Shown: positions 52,058 to 60,971 of the stretch, piece by piece
Layout: each line of letters starts with the position of its first letter
How positions within the stretch are numbered: position 1 is the stretch's first letter
From: Candidatus Bathyarchaeum tardum
GTDB taxonomy: Archaea > Thermoproteota > Bathyarchaeia > Bathyarchaeales > Bathyarchaeaceae
Reading direction: 5' to 3'
Assembly: GCA_024650005.2 (NCBI GenBank)
Contig: CP122380.1
Coordinates: 768,001-832,000 of the forward strand
Length of the DNA stretch: 64,000 nt
Position numbers and translations under genes: made by a program
The notes under the pieces: generated by a model
Databases searched by the model: none
Told to the model about the DNA's origin: nothing
The model's input: the letters and a program-made list of their open reading frames with translations, nothing else

Positions 52058-52321
52058 ATGGTTCTTGAAGCCTACGAAGAAGAAGTTTTAGAAGCGATGT
52101 ATGACAACCATCTGATTGGAAATCAATATTCTTCCATTCAAAATGTAAGTTCAAGAATCAAATGGCAAGCCATATGCCAAAAATATGGCATAAAAAAGAA
52201 ATTTTCAAAGGTCATCAAACGATTAGCAAATAAGGGATATATTGACACCCATGGAAAATCAGGAAATGTAGCAGCTCTCACCAAGTTAGGTGTATTATAT
52301 GTCCTTGGAAAAAAATCATGA
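52058..52321 (+). CDS. Small basic winged-helix-like protein
   Basis: FSKVIKRLANKGYID...AALTKLG. Confidence 0.7.
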   Translation: MVLEAYEEEVLEAMYDNHLIGNQYSSIQNVSSRIKWQAICQKYGIKKKFSKVIKRLANKGYIDTHGKSGNVAALTKLGVLYVLGKKS

Positions 52322-52552
52322 TTTTCAGGATGATTCTCAAAAGATAATGATTCTAAAACTTCATTTATAAAAGAGAGATTGAGGCGGTTTTTTAGCAGCT
52401 TCAAATGTGAAAAGTTTGGTTTGTTTTGCAAGGGTAAATTCTATATTTTTGGTTGCTAGGGGACCTGTTAAATTTTGTTGGAATTTTGTAGTTGGATGAT
52501 TTGTTACAAAGTTAACCTGAGCATGTGTCTTATGAAAGTGTTTGATTGAATA

Positions 52553-52972
52553 TTATTTTGCGATAAATCTAGCCGTAAAAGACAACGTGATTGCTATCCA
52601 TTCAAGTAACGTGTGTCTGCTCAGGGTAGTCATCAAGTCTTGTGTTTGAAATAAGGTTAACATTAAGAAAATAAGGGATATTATTCCAAATCCCGTTCCA
52701 AGGGCTATTAACAGTTTTGCGGATCGGGTTTTGTTTTTTATAAGTAAATATCCTCCTAAGATTACGATAAATCCGCCTAGGACAGTTATTGTTATGAAAA
52801 TTAGTTCCACAAGTTGGATTATTTGAATAATGAGTTGGTTTTGGGTCATAAGGGTTAAATTTTCAATTATCAAGTCGTAAGTTCCCGTTGGGCCTTTTTG
52901 TCCTGAAATTATCAAAAGAGTGCCTGCAACAATTGCTAAAAAAGCTGCGACTTTGTTTCTTGCATTGACCAT
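52553..52972 (-). CDS. Small integral membrane protein (about 4 TM)
   Basis: Hydrophobic 139-aa ORF. Confidence 0.7.
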   Translation of the reverse strand: MVNARNKVAAFLAIVAGTLLIISGQKGPTGTYDLIIENLTLMTQNQLIIQIIQLVELIFITITVLGGFIVILGGYLLIKNKTRSAKLLIALGTGFGIISLIFLMLTLFQTQDLMTTLSRHTLLEWIAITLSFTARFIAK

Positions 52973-53116
52973 TTGTAAAAACTCTAAGGATTTGTATGTT
53001 AATAGTTTGATTAAAGGTATATTAATCCTAAACAGTTCAAAAGTGTTATTCGGTTTTGTTTGTATATTTGTTTCGATGATACTAGAATTTTAGCTTGCAT
53101 GGTCTGCCTTTTATTT

Positions 53117-53216
53117 GAATCAAAAATTCTGTTTTTGTTTTGTTGTTTGAGTTGAAAAATTGTTTGAAAAACAACATTTTGGAAAGAATATAGAAGTTGT
53201 TGTTTTTTGAGCAGCA
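53117..53216 (+). repeat. Modular repeat, truncated inside the second hairpin at the relE 3' end
   Basis: About 95 nt similar to 54865-54960. Confidence 0.8.
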
Positions 53217-53217
53217 C

Positions 53218-53499
53218 TCATGAGAGGTTTGAATACGCGTTTTTTCTGGTTTCTGCGTGGGTAACGTATATGGTTTTTTGTTTTTTATCCACTTGAAAAA
53301 TTATTCTGTAGTTACCGATTCTTATTCTAAAAGTTTTTTGCAAGCCTTTGATTTTTTTTATGTCCATGTTTTTCAAGGTTAATGGATAATTTTCGAGTTT
53401 TATAATGTGGTTAATAATTCTTTGTTTCAGGTTTTCGTTTTTTATTGTTGTTAAAAATTTCTGTACTCGGTGGTGAGCTACAACTTTGTATTTAGGCAC
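53218..53499 (-). CDS. relE: RelE/ParE family toxin
   Basis: IKKIKGLQKTFRIRIGNYRIIFQV...TRKNAY. Confidence 0.9.
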   Translation of the reverse strand: MPKYKVVAHHRVQKFLTTIKNENLKQRIINHIIKLENYPLTLKNMDIKKIKGLQKTFRIRIGNYRIIFQVDKKQKTIYVTHAETRKNAYSNLS

Positions 53500-53704
53500 T
53501 CTGGAGTTCCTCGAGTGTTACACAATTTCCTTTTTTCATCTCTTGGACTGATTGGTTTATTTCTTCAATTTTTTCTTTGCTTAGTGCTACTTCTGGAAGG
53601 CTTTTTATGATCACTTCTTCGATAACGTCTTCAATTAGCCTAAGTTGTTCATTCATTTTTTTGACTTCGTCGTAAATCATTTCAAGAGTAACATTAGCAG
53701 ACAT
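53492..53704 (-). CDS. Putative antitoxin overlapping relE
   Basis: Acidic 70 aa ending VTLEEL, 8-nt overlap with the toxin. Confidence 0.78.
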   Translation of the reverse strand: MSANVTLEMIYDEVKKMNEQLRLIEDVIEEVIIKSLPEVALSKEKIEEINQSVQEMKKGNCVTLEELQSA

Positions 53705-54192
53705 ACATTTTTCCCTGAAATAACAAAGGAATATGCCATTTATATGCTTTCATCCAAGTTTACAGTTACATAACTAAAAGATACGAGTTAGAGTTTAATT
53801 TTTTAGTAGTTTTTTTGTCCAAAACTATCTGTTTTTTGTTTTGTAAGGTTCTTCAGAGTTCCTGTTTACGATTGACAAATAGTTGTATCATGAGTATGAT
53901 ACTCTTGTTTCAACTATCTGTAGGTGACGCCATCGGATCCTAAAAAAAGGTTATTCTATCAAATGGTTGTTGCACAGAACAATGATGTTTCAGGCATGAT
54001 CTAACGTTTGTAGAATTTTTTGTTAAGAATATTCTGTCTTGTTGTTTAAGTTAAAAAATGTTTGAACAACCACATGTAGTTAGAGTTTGTAGGCGTTGTA
54101 GAGTTTTGTATCTATTTCTTTTTGGGGTGATTGATGGGTGTTGATGGCATCTTTTAAAAAGGGCTAGAGTAGTTAGTTTATTTGTGGGCAGC

Positions 54193-54486
54193 ATGAAGTC
54201 AATTGATGAAATAAAAGGTGTTTTGGTTGAACATAAAAGGGAGCTAAGAGAAAGATTTCATGTAAAAGAGATTGGTGTTTTTGGTTCTTTTGTGAGAAAA
54301 GAACAAAAAAAGGGAAGTGATGTTGATGTGTTGGTTGATTTTTTTGAGACCATAGATTTGTTTACGTTTGTTGAACTTGAGAATTATTTAAGTGAGCTTT
54401 TAGGGGTTAAAGTTGATCTAGTTATGAAGGGAGCTCTTAAGCCTCGGTTGGAGGAGAGAATTTTAAGTGAGGCTGTTTATGTGTGA
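54193..54486 (+). CDS. mntA: Minimal nucleotidyltransferase (MNT/MntA antitoxin)
   Basis: GVFGSFVRKEQKKGSDVDVLVDF; KVDLV. Confidence 0.92.
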   Translation: MKSIDEIKGVLVEHKRELRERFHVKEIGVFGSFVRKEQKKGSDVDVLVDFFETIDLFTFVELENYLSELLGVKVDLVMKGALKPRLEERILSEAVYV

Positions 54487-54824
54487 GAGATTTTCGTGTC
54501 TACCTTGAAGATATGGTTGAAGCCATTAATTGTATAGAGGAGTACACGCGGGGGATGAGTTATGAAGCATTTGTTAAGGATAGAAAAACCGTAGATGCTG
54601 TAGTTAGAAATTTTGAAATCATTGGTGAAGCAGCTAAAAACGTTCCAAATGAGGTAAGAAAAATTTACTCCAACTTGCCTTGGAAGGAAATGTCAGGAAT
54701 GAGAGATAAACTGATCCATGCATATTTTGGAGTTAAATTAGATGTTTTATGGAAAACAATTAAAGAACGCTTAATTGTGGTAAAATTATTAGTTGAAGAA
54801 GCTCTGGTCGAATTGGAACAATAA
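54483..54824 (+). CDS. hepT: DUF86/HepT-type HEPN RNase toxin
   Basis: AVVRNFEIIGEAAK; MRDKLIHAYFG (RX4HXY). Confidence 0.92.
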   Translation: MRDFRVYLEDMVEAINCIEEYTRGMSYEAFVKDRKTVDAVVRNFEIIGEAAKNVPNEVRKIYSNLPWKEMSGMRDKLIHAYFGVKLDVLWKTIKERLIVVKLLVEEALVELEQ

Positions 54825-54864
54825 AGACTGAACGGACAGTTTCTATTCGAATTCTGTTTTGTGT

Positions 54865-55013
54865 AAACAAAAATTCTGTTTTCTTTTTGTTGTCTGAGTT
54901 GAAAAATGTGTGAACAACAACATTTTGTAATTAGTGTAGAAGTTGTTGTTTTTTGCTCAGGTAATTTACAACTACTACTGGTTCAAAGAGTGTCAAACTT
55001 CAGAAAAAACATT
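54865..55013 (+). repeat. Modular repeat (first and second hairpin modules)
   Basis: gagttgaaaaatgtgtgaacaacaacattttg...gtagaagttgt/acaactactac. Confidence 0.8.
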
Positions 55014-55104
55014 CTTGTAGTTAACTAATTAATTTATGAAAGTTGGTTTTTTCTGGTTTTGATTTTTTATGGATTTTTGGTGTTAGAAATTGTGAGGCGT
55101 ATTT

Positions 55105-55512
55105 TTATTTTGTGGATTTTGTGATGTCGTTCAGTCTTAAAGCTTTGGTATTGGATGCGATCTTTTTTGTTAGTTGCAAATCTTCGGTTATAAGTGTTAG
55201 TTCTTTTGCTTTGGCATGGTAAGTGTATGAGGCGTCATAGAATGTGATTTTCAGTTTTGTTGCGGTTTCTAGTATTTCTTCTTCGGTGCAGTTTATTTGT
55301 GTGATTTCCATGAGGTTTAGTGTTTGCTTGATTATTTTTGCTAGTTTTTTAATTTCTTGATCTGTAGCGTTGGCGTGTAAGGAATAATTTTTCCATAGGA
55401 TGTTTCCCAGTTCGTACCTTGCCAGTTCTATTGTGTGGTTTCCAATTAGAAAGTCGATTTTGTTTTCTTTTATGGCGTTAAATATGGCAGATGAGTCGAA
55501 TAGGTATTTCAT
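55105..55512 (-). CDS. vapC: PIN-domain toxin VapC
   Basis: YLFDSSA, YELGN, ITFYDASY, LITED. Confidence 0.9.
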   Translation of the reverse strand: MKYLFDSSAIFNAIKENKIDFLIGNHTIELARYELGNILWKNYSLHANATDQEIKKLAKIIKQTLNLMEITQINCTEEEILETATKLKITFYDASYTYHAKAKELTLITEDLQLTKKIASNTKALRLNDITKSTK

Positions 55513-55739
55513 TTACGGTTTCTGTCCTCTCTTATGCCCTTCACTATGTTTTCTATGTTTACCCTGTTGAGTGTTGGTTTTAGTTTTTGTATGTCTTCTT
55601 TGAGTTTTTCTGCTTCTCTTCGTCTTATTTCGTCTTCTATGGCTTTTCGTAATAGTTTGGATGGTTTAATGTTTAGTTGTTTTATTTTTTCTTTGAGTTC
55701 TTGGGGAATTTTTGTGGATACGGTTACAGACTTGTTCAA
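55509..55739 (-). CDS. vapB: RHH/CcdA-like antitoxin (VapB)
   Basis: TVSTKIPQELKEKIKQLNIKPSKLLRKAIEDE...IREDR; 4-nt overlap with the toxin. Confidence 0.85.
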   Translation of the reverse strand: MNKSVTVSTKIPQELKEKIKQLNIKPSKLLRKAIEDEIRRREAEKLKEDIQKLKPTLNRVNIENIVKGIREDRNRK

Positions 55740-55974
55740 ATTCTCACCACTAGGTAATATAAATTAGAAGAATAAAAAGTTTACAATATTTTCTTACCAG
55801 CTATTACGCCTTTTTTTGTCAAAATACAATCATTAAACAAAAAACTCTTTGGCTTTGATTCTGCCCACTCCATTCCATCCCAGTTTTCATACATAGCTAA
55901 TTTTGGATGCAAATGTGGTTATGTTCTTTAAATCTAGCTTAGCTTCAAGGACCAAGTTTGTTGTCGCGTGAGGA

Positions 55975-56198
55975 ATCGACAATAATAGAGCTTTCTTTTC
56001 TCGATTTTTGTTGTTTATGAATTGATGATGTTATTGTTTGGTCAGAGTTTTATGTTTTCAGTTTGACTGCAGAGGGTTTTTTGTGAATAAGGTTTTAGAT
56101 TTCAAGCATGGTTTAAGGATAGTTTATGAGAATAGAAAAAGACTATTTACTGGTCATCACTTTTTATCCGGTGAGGCGAGACAGATATGGCATATAAA
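55975..56198 (+). pseudogene. Frameshifted DUF4258-like toxin upstream of the DUF2283 gene
   Basis: KVLDFKHGLRIVYE, then in another frame KDYLLVITFYPVRRDRYGI*, overlapping the next start; 5' limit approximate. Confidence 0.6.
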
Positions 56199-56399
56199 AT
56201 TAGGTACGATGATGAGTCAGATGTGCTCACCTTAGTCGTAGTTGACAAGGGTAAACTGTCTTACGCTGAAGAAGTAGGGGACATAGTAGTTCATTTTGAT
56301 GAAAAAGGAAACCCCTTATTCATGGACATCCTTAAAGCCAGCAAGATCGTCCCGCTAATGGTTCAAAGTTTAGCTAAAAAAGAAGTTATAACAGCATAA
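56187..56399 (+). CDS. DUF2283-type antitoxin-like protein
   Basis: IRYDDESDVLTL...DIVVHFDEKGNP..MDIL.ASK. Confidence 0.85.
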   Translation: MAYKIRYDDESDVLTLVVVDKGKLSYAEEVGDIVVHFDEKGNPLFMDILKASKIVPLMVQSLAKKEVITA

Positions 56400-56404
56400 C
56401 AGAA

Positions 56405-56595
56405 CTTTTGAATAACAACAAATGTAGTTGTAGTTGGTTCAGCAACTGTCGCTACCAGGGCAACAACTGTTTTGGAAAGAGTGTAGAAGTAGTCATCTTT
56501 TTGGTACCCAGAATGGACGACTACTACTACCTTAAGGAATGGGTCAAAACACGTTTGTTGCTTGAACCTGATTATGTAAAAAATGCTGGTTTTGG
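56405..56595 (+). repeat. Modular repeat (hairpin 56488-56525), absent from the homologous site at about 46590
   Basis: caactgttttggaaagagtgtagaagtagtcatc...gacgactactactac. Confidence 0.88.
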
Positions 56596-56658
56596 TGGGT
56601 TTTGGATTTTTTAGATCCGAATTAGCATTTGTTTAATTGTTATAGACAACTTTTTTTG

Positions 56659-56877
56659 TTATTCTATTAGGTTTAGAATTTCTTCTTTTGTTAAGTCAGC
56701 TTCGGATATTATTGCCAACAGTAGTCCTGTTTTTATTTCTCTGTGTTTTGGAACGGGAACTATGGTTTCGTTTTTGATTAGAATTAAGTGGCTTCCTTTT
56801 TGTCGGGCAACTTGAAAACCTGCTTTGGCTAGGGCTTTTACTACTTTACGCCAAGAGAGCAGTGGGAGTTTCGACAA
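56659..56877 (-). CDS. hicA: HicA family toxin
   Basis: RQKGSH, VPKH, GLL.II. Confidence 0.92.
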   Translation of the reverse strand: MSKLPLLSWRKVVKALAKAGFQVARQKGSHLILIKNETIVPVPKHREIKTGLLLAIISEADLTKEEILNLIE

Positions 56878-57079
56878 TGACCTCAGCCCGTTCTCCTTTA
56901 TGGCCGTGGCTCAAAAGTTCCGCTTTTACTTCTAAGTATCCTTCTATGGCTTCTTTGATGTTTTTTAGAGCTTCTTGCTTTGTTTCACCCTGAGTGGCTA
57001 CTGGAAGTTCGACACATTTTACCACAAAGCCGCCTTCTTCTGCAGGTTCTAACAAGACTGTGAAAGTACGGGCATCCAT
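56846..57079 (-). CDS. hicB: HicB family antitoxin (short form)
   Basis: EEGGFVVKCVELPVATQGETKQEALKNIKEAIEGYL. Confidence 0.92.
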   Translation of the reverse strand: MDARTFTVLLEPAEEGGFVVKCVELPVATQGETKQEALKNIKEAIEGYLEVKAELLSHGHKGERAEVIVETPTALLA

Positions 57080-57132
57080 TAGAATTACCTAAAAACCAAT
57101 GGTTGTGGCAACAATATGAAGTTATCTGAAAA

Positions 57133-57365
57133 TAGTTGTTGTTCGTGTTGAAAATTGTTTGAACAACAACGTTTTGGAAAGAGCATGGAAGTAGTCGTCT
57201 TTTTGGTATACAGTTACTGGATGACTACTACTCCCTTAAAGAGTGCATTAAAACCTGTTTGGACCGTTGAACACGATTTTGCATAATATGCTAGTTTTGT
57301 TGTTGTTGGGGGGTAGGGGGGGTCAACAACAACATTTTTGTTTGTTGAAAAATTGTTTGAACAAT
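57133..57365 (+). repeat. Most complete modular repeat: three tandem hairpins (57135-57170, 57190-57229, 57298-57334)
   Basis: gttgttgttc/gaacaacaac; agtagtcgtc/gatgactact; tgttgttgttg/caacaacaaca. Confidence 0.92.
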
Positions 57366-57400
57366 AATTGTGGGAGTATGAGGATGACGCGGATGTGTTT

Positions 57401-57904
57401 TTACTTAATGCTTGATTGTATATGGCAAAGATGTTTTCGGATTTCTTCGATTTGCTTTGTGGTTATATTTTCTAAGGCTTTTTCTATTTCTAATAGGAAG
57501 TTATGAGCAGATTTTACGTTTTTTGTGATTGTTGTTTGTTCAAGTTCATTAGTTACATAGTATTGGCTTTCTATTCGCATTTGTTTAGCTTTAGAAATTT
57601 CATCAATCAGGTTTTTGGCAAGTATTTTATGGTCTGCAAGTAATTTTGCCACTTTGATGCTGCAATCGTGTATTTCAGATTTGATTCCCAGTTTCATTAA
57701 TAGCGCATATAGTGCAAAATATTTAGCGTAATACGCTGTTGTTATTACCCAGTCAGTTTCGTTTATTTGTAAAGCTGCATCCATTGTATGCAAGGAGCTT
57801 TCGGCTTTTTTTACGTATACCCTGGATAGGTTTTCATTTGGTTCGATTAGTCTTATTCCCTTTTTTTGTCTAAAACACCATTCAACAGATCTACGTAGCA
57901 ACAT
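57401..57904 (-). CDS. HEPN domain protein
   Basis: WVITTAYYAKYFALYALL..LGIKSEIH.C; R...QYY. Confidence 0.85.
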   Translation of the reverse strand: MLLRRSVEWCFRQKKGIRLIEPNENLSRVYVKKAESSLHTMDAALQINETDWVITTAYYAKYFALYALLMKLGIKSEIHDCSIKVAKLLADHKILAKNLIDEISKAKQMRIESQYYVTNELEQTTITKNVKSAHNFLLEIEKALENITTKQIEEIRKHLCHIQSSIK

Positions 57905-58502
57905 AGTTCCTCCATAACAAGTTTACAAACAAGTCTGGGTTTTGTAAAATGAAGTGGTTTTTTATTATTTCTTTTACCAGGGGGTCTCCAGTTGTTAGAG
58001 CTTGATTGAAATTTTTGATAGAGGATGTTTTGACGTTTAGTTCTTTGCCGTAGATTTTGCCAATTTTTTTTATGTTTGTCATTTGGTTTTCTGAAATTTT
58101 TCCAAGATGAAAAAGGTCTATGTCACTGGTTTCGGTTGCATAATTTTTTGCGTAGCTTCCAAAGAGTGCAACGGTTCCCTGAAGGTTTACGTCCATAAGG
58201 TGTTGGGATATTTTTTTGAGTAAAAAATTTTTTTGTAGATATTTTATGGTTTCAAGTTTTTCAGATAACATAAGATATTCTTTTGTCAATATGTTGCTGA
58301 ACTCAAGGCAGTATTCTTTGTTTCTTCCCACTTTTTGTGATTGCAGTATTTTGTTCTTTTCAAGGTTTTTAAGGTAAGGCAGTAATGTAACATGACTTGT
58401 GTTGAGAAGTTTGGCGAGGGCTCTTACATGGAAGCTTTTGTTGTAATCTGTTCTGTATAATGCTAGTATTGAAAAAAGATAATTGGTAATTTTTACGACC
58501 AT
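57891..58502 (-). CDS. HTH + nucleotidyltransferase (MNT) protein paired with HEPN
   Basis: Start reassigned to MVVKIT at 58502; HVRALAKLL HTH; LFGSYAKNYATETSDIDL. Confidence 0.88.
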   Translation of the reverse strand: MVVKITNYLFSILALYRTDYNKSFHVRALAKLLNTSHVTLLPYLKNLEKNKILQSQKVGRNKEYCLEFSNILTKEYLMLSEKLETIKYLQKNFLLKKISQHLMDVNLQGTVALFGSYAKNYATETSDIDLFHLGKISENQMTNIKKIGKIYGKELNVKTSSIKNFNQALTTGDPLVKEIIKNHFILQNPDLFVNLLWRNYVAT

Positions 58503-58544
58503 ATGGTATAAAGTATTACCAGTATTATTTAAGTTTTTACTAGC

Positions 58545-58695
58545 ATGAAACAGCCCCAAGACGGACAGGTACTGCGATTCGGATTTTTCTCTCATCCATC
58601 ATGATCATGTGAGCCCTTTTGGAGGACGATTTTGAGGCCTGTTTTTTGTAGAATTTTTATGAGTTGTTTGAAGTCTAAAGGTGAAATTTTAGGCT
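58545..58695 (-). pseudogene. hicA: Frameshifted, truncated hicA
   Basis: PKISPLDFKQLIKILQKTGLKIVLQKGSH, then frameshift to IMMDERKIRIAVPV. Confidence 0.75.
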
Positions 58696-58916
58696 AGTAT
58701 CTTCACTTTTTGTATTCCAACTATTCTTTGTTGGAGAGAGTCTTGTTTTTCGTCATTGTCTAATGTTTCAAGGTACAAGTCGATGGTCTCTTTTGCATTG
58801 TCCATAAGTTCTTCTAAAGTATCTCCCTGAGTGTGGCATCCTGGCAACGCTGGAACAAGCGCCACGTATCCACCAGTTTCGTCTTCGATGATAACGATGT
58901 CAACCTCTTTCATCAT
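58689..58916 (-). CDS. hicB: HicB family antitoxin
   Basis: EDETGGYVALVPALPGCHTQGDTLEELMDNAKETIDLYL. Confidence 0.92.
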   Translation of the reverse strand: MMKEVDIVIIEDETGGYVALVPALPGCHTQGDTLEELMDNAKETIDLYLETLDNDEKQDSLQQRIVGIQKVKILA

Positions 58917-59002
58917 AATCCAATTACAATGAGCTTCAAGGGCTAATATAACAGTTTTGAAGCAACTAATTGGTTATAGTAAGGCTTAAACAAGTGAAAA
59001 GA

Positions 59003-59185
59003 TGGTTGAACAACAACATTTTGGAAAGAATACAGAAGTAGTCGTCTTTTTTTTACAGAATTCTGGACGACTACTACTTCTTTAAAGAATGCATTAAAGC
59101 AGGTTTGTTGGTTGGATAGGATTATGTAATAATGCTAGTTTTGTTGTTGTTGGGGGTAGGGGGGTCAACAACAACATTTGGTTTT
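59003..59185 (+). repeat. Near-complete modular repeat (hairpins 59037-59075 and 59142-59176)
   Basis: Similar to the 50665 and 57133 copies. Confidence 0.92.
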
Positions 59186-59232
59186 GTGGGAAAAATTCCA
59201 TAAAAAGAGCGTATTTTTTGATACAGATGAAT

Positions 59233-59583
59233 TTATCGGGTTTTTATGCAAATTTCGTCGTTTTTGAGCCATACATAAATAGGTGTTCCCTTTTCCAGCC
59301 CGAGTTGTTCTTCAATCTGCTTAGGTATGTAAACTGCAAGGTTGTTTCCACATTTTGTGACCTTCCTTTGCAACGGATTTACTTCTCCAAAAAGACCTAA
59401 AGTTTCTGCTAAATGTTGCACTTTTTCAGCGTCTTCAAATGGTATAAGTTCATATCCGCATAAGGAACATTTGTATCCCCGTATTGGGAGGCTTCCTTTA
59501 GGAAACTTAGTTTCCAGAATGTCAGCTTGCATTTCTCCGCCACATTCATAGCATTTCATTTTTTCAGATTTTTCCATTTTCAT
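59233..59583 (-). CDS. Zinc-finger (YgiT/MqsA-like) + AbrB-domain antitoxin-like protein
   Basis: CYECGG...CSLCG; RKVTKCGNNLAVYIPKQI...LGLEKG. Confidence 0.8.
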   Translation of the reverse strand: MKMEKSEKMKCYECGGEMQADILETKFPKGSLPIRGYKCSLCGYELIPFEDAEKVQHLAETLGLFGEVNPLQRKVTKCGNNLAVYIPKQIEEQLGLEKGTPIYVWLKNDEICIKTR

Positions 59584-59589
59584 CGCTCC

Positions 59590-59826
59590 TTATACTAATT
59601 TTCTTCGTGATGTGGATACGCCTCGCACTTCAATACGGTCGGCATATTCGGTTAAATACACTATGATTGTTCTTCGACTGATCCATTTGGCATATCTGCC
59701 TCCTTGGATGCCATCTGGATTTGTTATGGTCTCCCTCACGTCTGAGGTGCGGATTGGCGGGGCTTCACAATTCATTCCTTCGTAGGCGTGTTTGTTTATG
59801 TAAACCCATTTACCACGTATTATCAT
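59590..59826 (-). CDS. Putative DUF4258/BrnT-like toxin
   Basis: Start MIIRGK at 59826; INKHA...DVRETITNPD...IIVY; upstream of the Zn-AbrB gene. Confidence 0.6.
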   Translation of the reverse strand: MIIRGKWVYINKHAYEGMNCEAPPIRTSDVRETITNPDGIQGGRYAKWISRRTIIVYLTEYADRIEVRGVSTSRRKLV

Positions 59827-59849
59827 GATGGAAAACCATGAATATATAC

Positions 59850-59883
59850 TTTGTAAGTATTTATAAGTATTTATACTTACAAA
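59850..59883. promoter_or_regulatory. Inverted repeat tttgtaagtat/atacttacaaa around a TATA-like core
   Basis: About 25 nt upstream of the 59826 start. Confidence 0.6.
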
Positions 59884-60164
59884 AAAGTTGTTAGGCATGT
59901 GTACCTTTAAAACATGGACGTTATCACGCTCAGGTGACCCCGCACTCCACTTGGCACGCAGCTTGGTTACCTAACTATTAGTTAGTATCGCGAAATATTA
60001 TTTAAATCAGTATCTGGGAAATTTTCCCAGATAGTTTGAATCTTTTCGGCGTTATGTCGTAAACCGCAACTCTGAAATTCTTCGTGGAAACTCAGAAAAA
60101 ACATTTCACAGGAGATTATTTGTCTGAGGCTGATATTGTCAAAGAAACTGCAATTACCTGTGAT

Positions 60165-60305
60165 AAACGATTATGTAAATATGCTAGTTTTGTTGTTGTT
60201 GGGGGGTAGGGGGGTCAACAACAACATTTGTGTTTAAAGGAAAAATTGTTGTAAGAATATGCAGTATTGGGTTTTTTGATGTTTCTAGGTGGATCACATA
60301 AAGAT
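60165..60305 (+). repeat. Partial modular repeat with G-loop hairpin (60191-60226) followed by a copy of the epimerase leader
   Basis: 60240-60305 resembles 47135-47200. Confidence 0.85.
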
Positions 60306-60309
60306 GTTA

Positions 60310-60513
60310 GTTGGTTTGGGTAAAGTTTGGTTTGTTTGCCATGCGCTTGAAGCTGTCGTCATGGGTGCTGGTTTTGTTTATGTTTATGTTTAGTGAATGG
60401 ATTGTACCTATTATTGTTGCATCTCTGTCGCCTAAGCTGTCTGTGTATGGGTGTTGTAGTAGTTTTTCCAGGGTTTATGTCATTGTTTGCTTGTTGAAGT
60501 TTTCGATTTTCAT
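60310..60513 (-). pseudogene. Relic of a PIN/VapC gene
   Basis: ...SLGDRDATIIGTIHSL...THDDSFKRMANK, with a stop; DNA similar to 49900-49960. Confidence 0.55.
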
Positions 60514-60959
60514 GTTTCTAAGATTAATTCAGTGTCGTTGTATTTCCATTTTTTAAAGAAATACAAAAAATTCATTCCCAGCAGACTGTACGCTTGCATG
60601 CTTTGAATGGGAGTTAACGGATTTGGGTTTGGTGGCATACAATATATCATTTGTAAGCTAAAACTTGCAATTTCTTTTTTGTGGGTTAACCAACCATTTT
60701 CAACTTCAAGAAAAAGTTTTGCATCAGGCAAACAATATGGCAAGACATTACCATTTGCTGTAGTACAAGGGTGAGTTGTGTTAGTTAGGACCGAGCAATT
60801 TATTCCTAATCGGGTAACATCGCTGCTCAGTAACGTTGTTGTAGAACAGCCGGTATCCACGATGAAGTGTATTGGTTTTGGATGTGTAAACTGTTTACAA
60901 TGAATGTGCCCAAAGATATGTCCATGTCTTGAAGAATCCAAATTAGCGATTAAGCGCAA
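60510..60959 (-). CDS. Clan AA (retropepsin-like) aspartic protease
   Basis: FIVDTGCSTTTL; TANG; SLLGMNFL. Confidence 0.85.
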   Translation of the reverse strand: MRLIANLDSSRHGHIFGHIHCKQFTHPKPIHFIVDTGCSTTTLLSSDVTRLGINCSVLTNTTHPCTTANGNVLPYCLPDAKLFLEVENGWLTHKKEIASFSLQMIYCMPPNPNPLTPIQSMQAYSLLGMNFLYFFKKWKYNDTELILET

Positions 60960-60971
60960 ATTGTGAACGCC

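Noticed and set aside
53870-54005. Possible HepT/DUF86 relic on the minus strand
   Set aside because: Only a weak, frameshifted resemblance (W...IVETR...H.Y); not enough to call.
57298-57334. ccctacccc (minus strand) as a group II intron domain VI
   Set aside because: No domain V sequence adjacent and no intron-encoded protein.
57133-57365. Repeats as canonical integron attC sites
   Set aside because: The ends (TTTGAAC...GTTGGGG) only loosely resemble RYYYAAC...GTTRRRY, no clear L boxes are seen, and no IntI is in the window. Kept only as an analogy.
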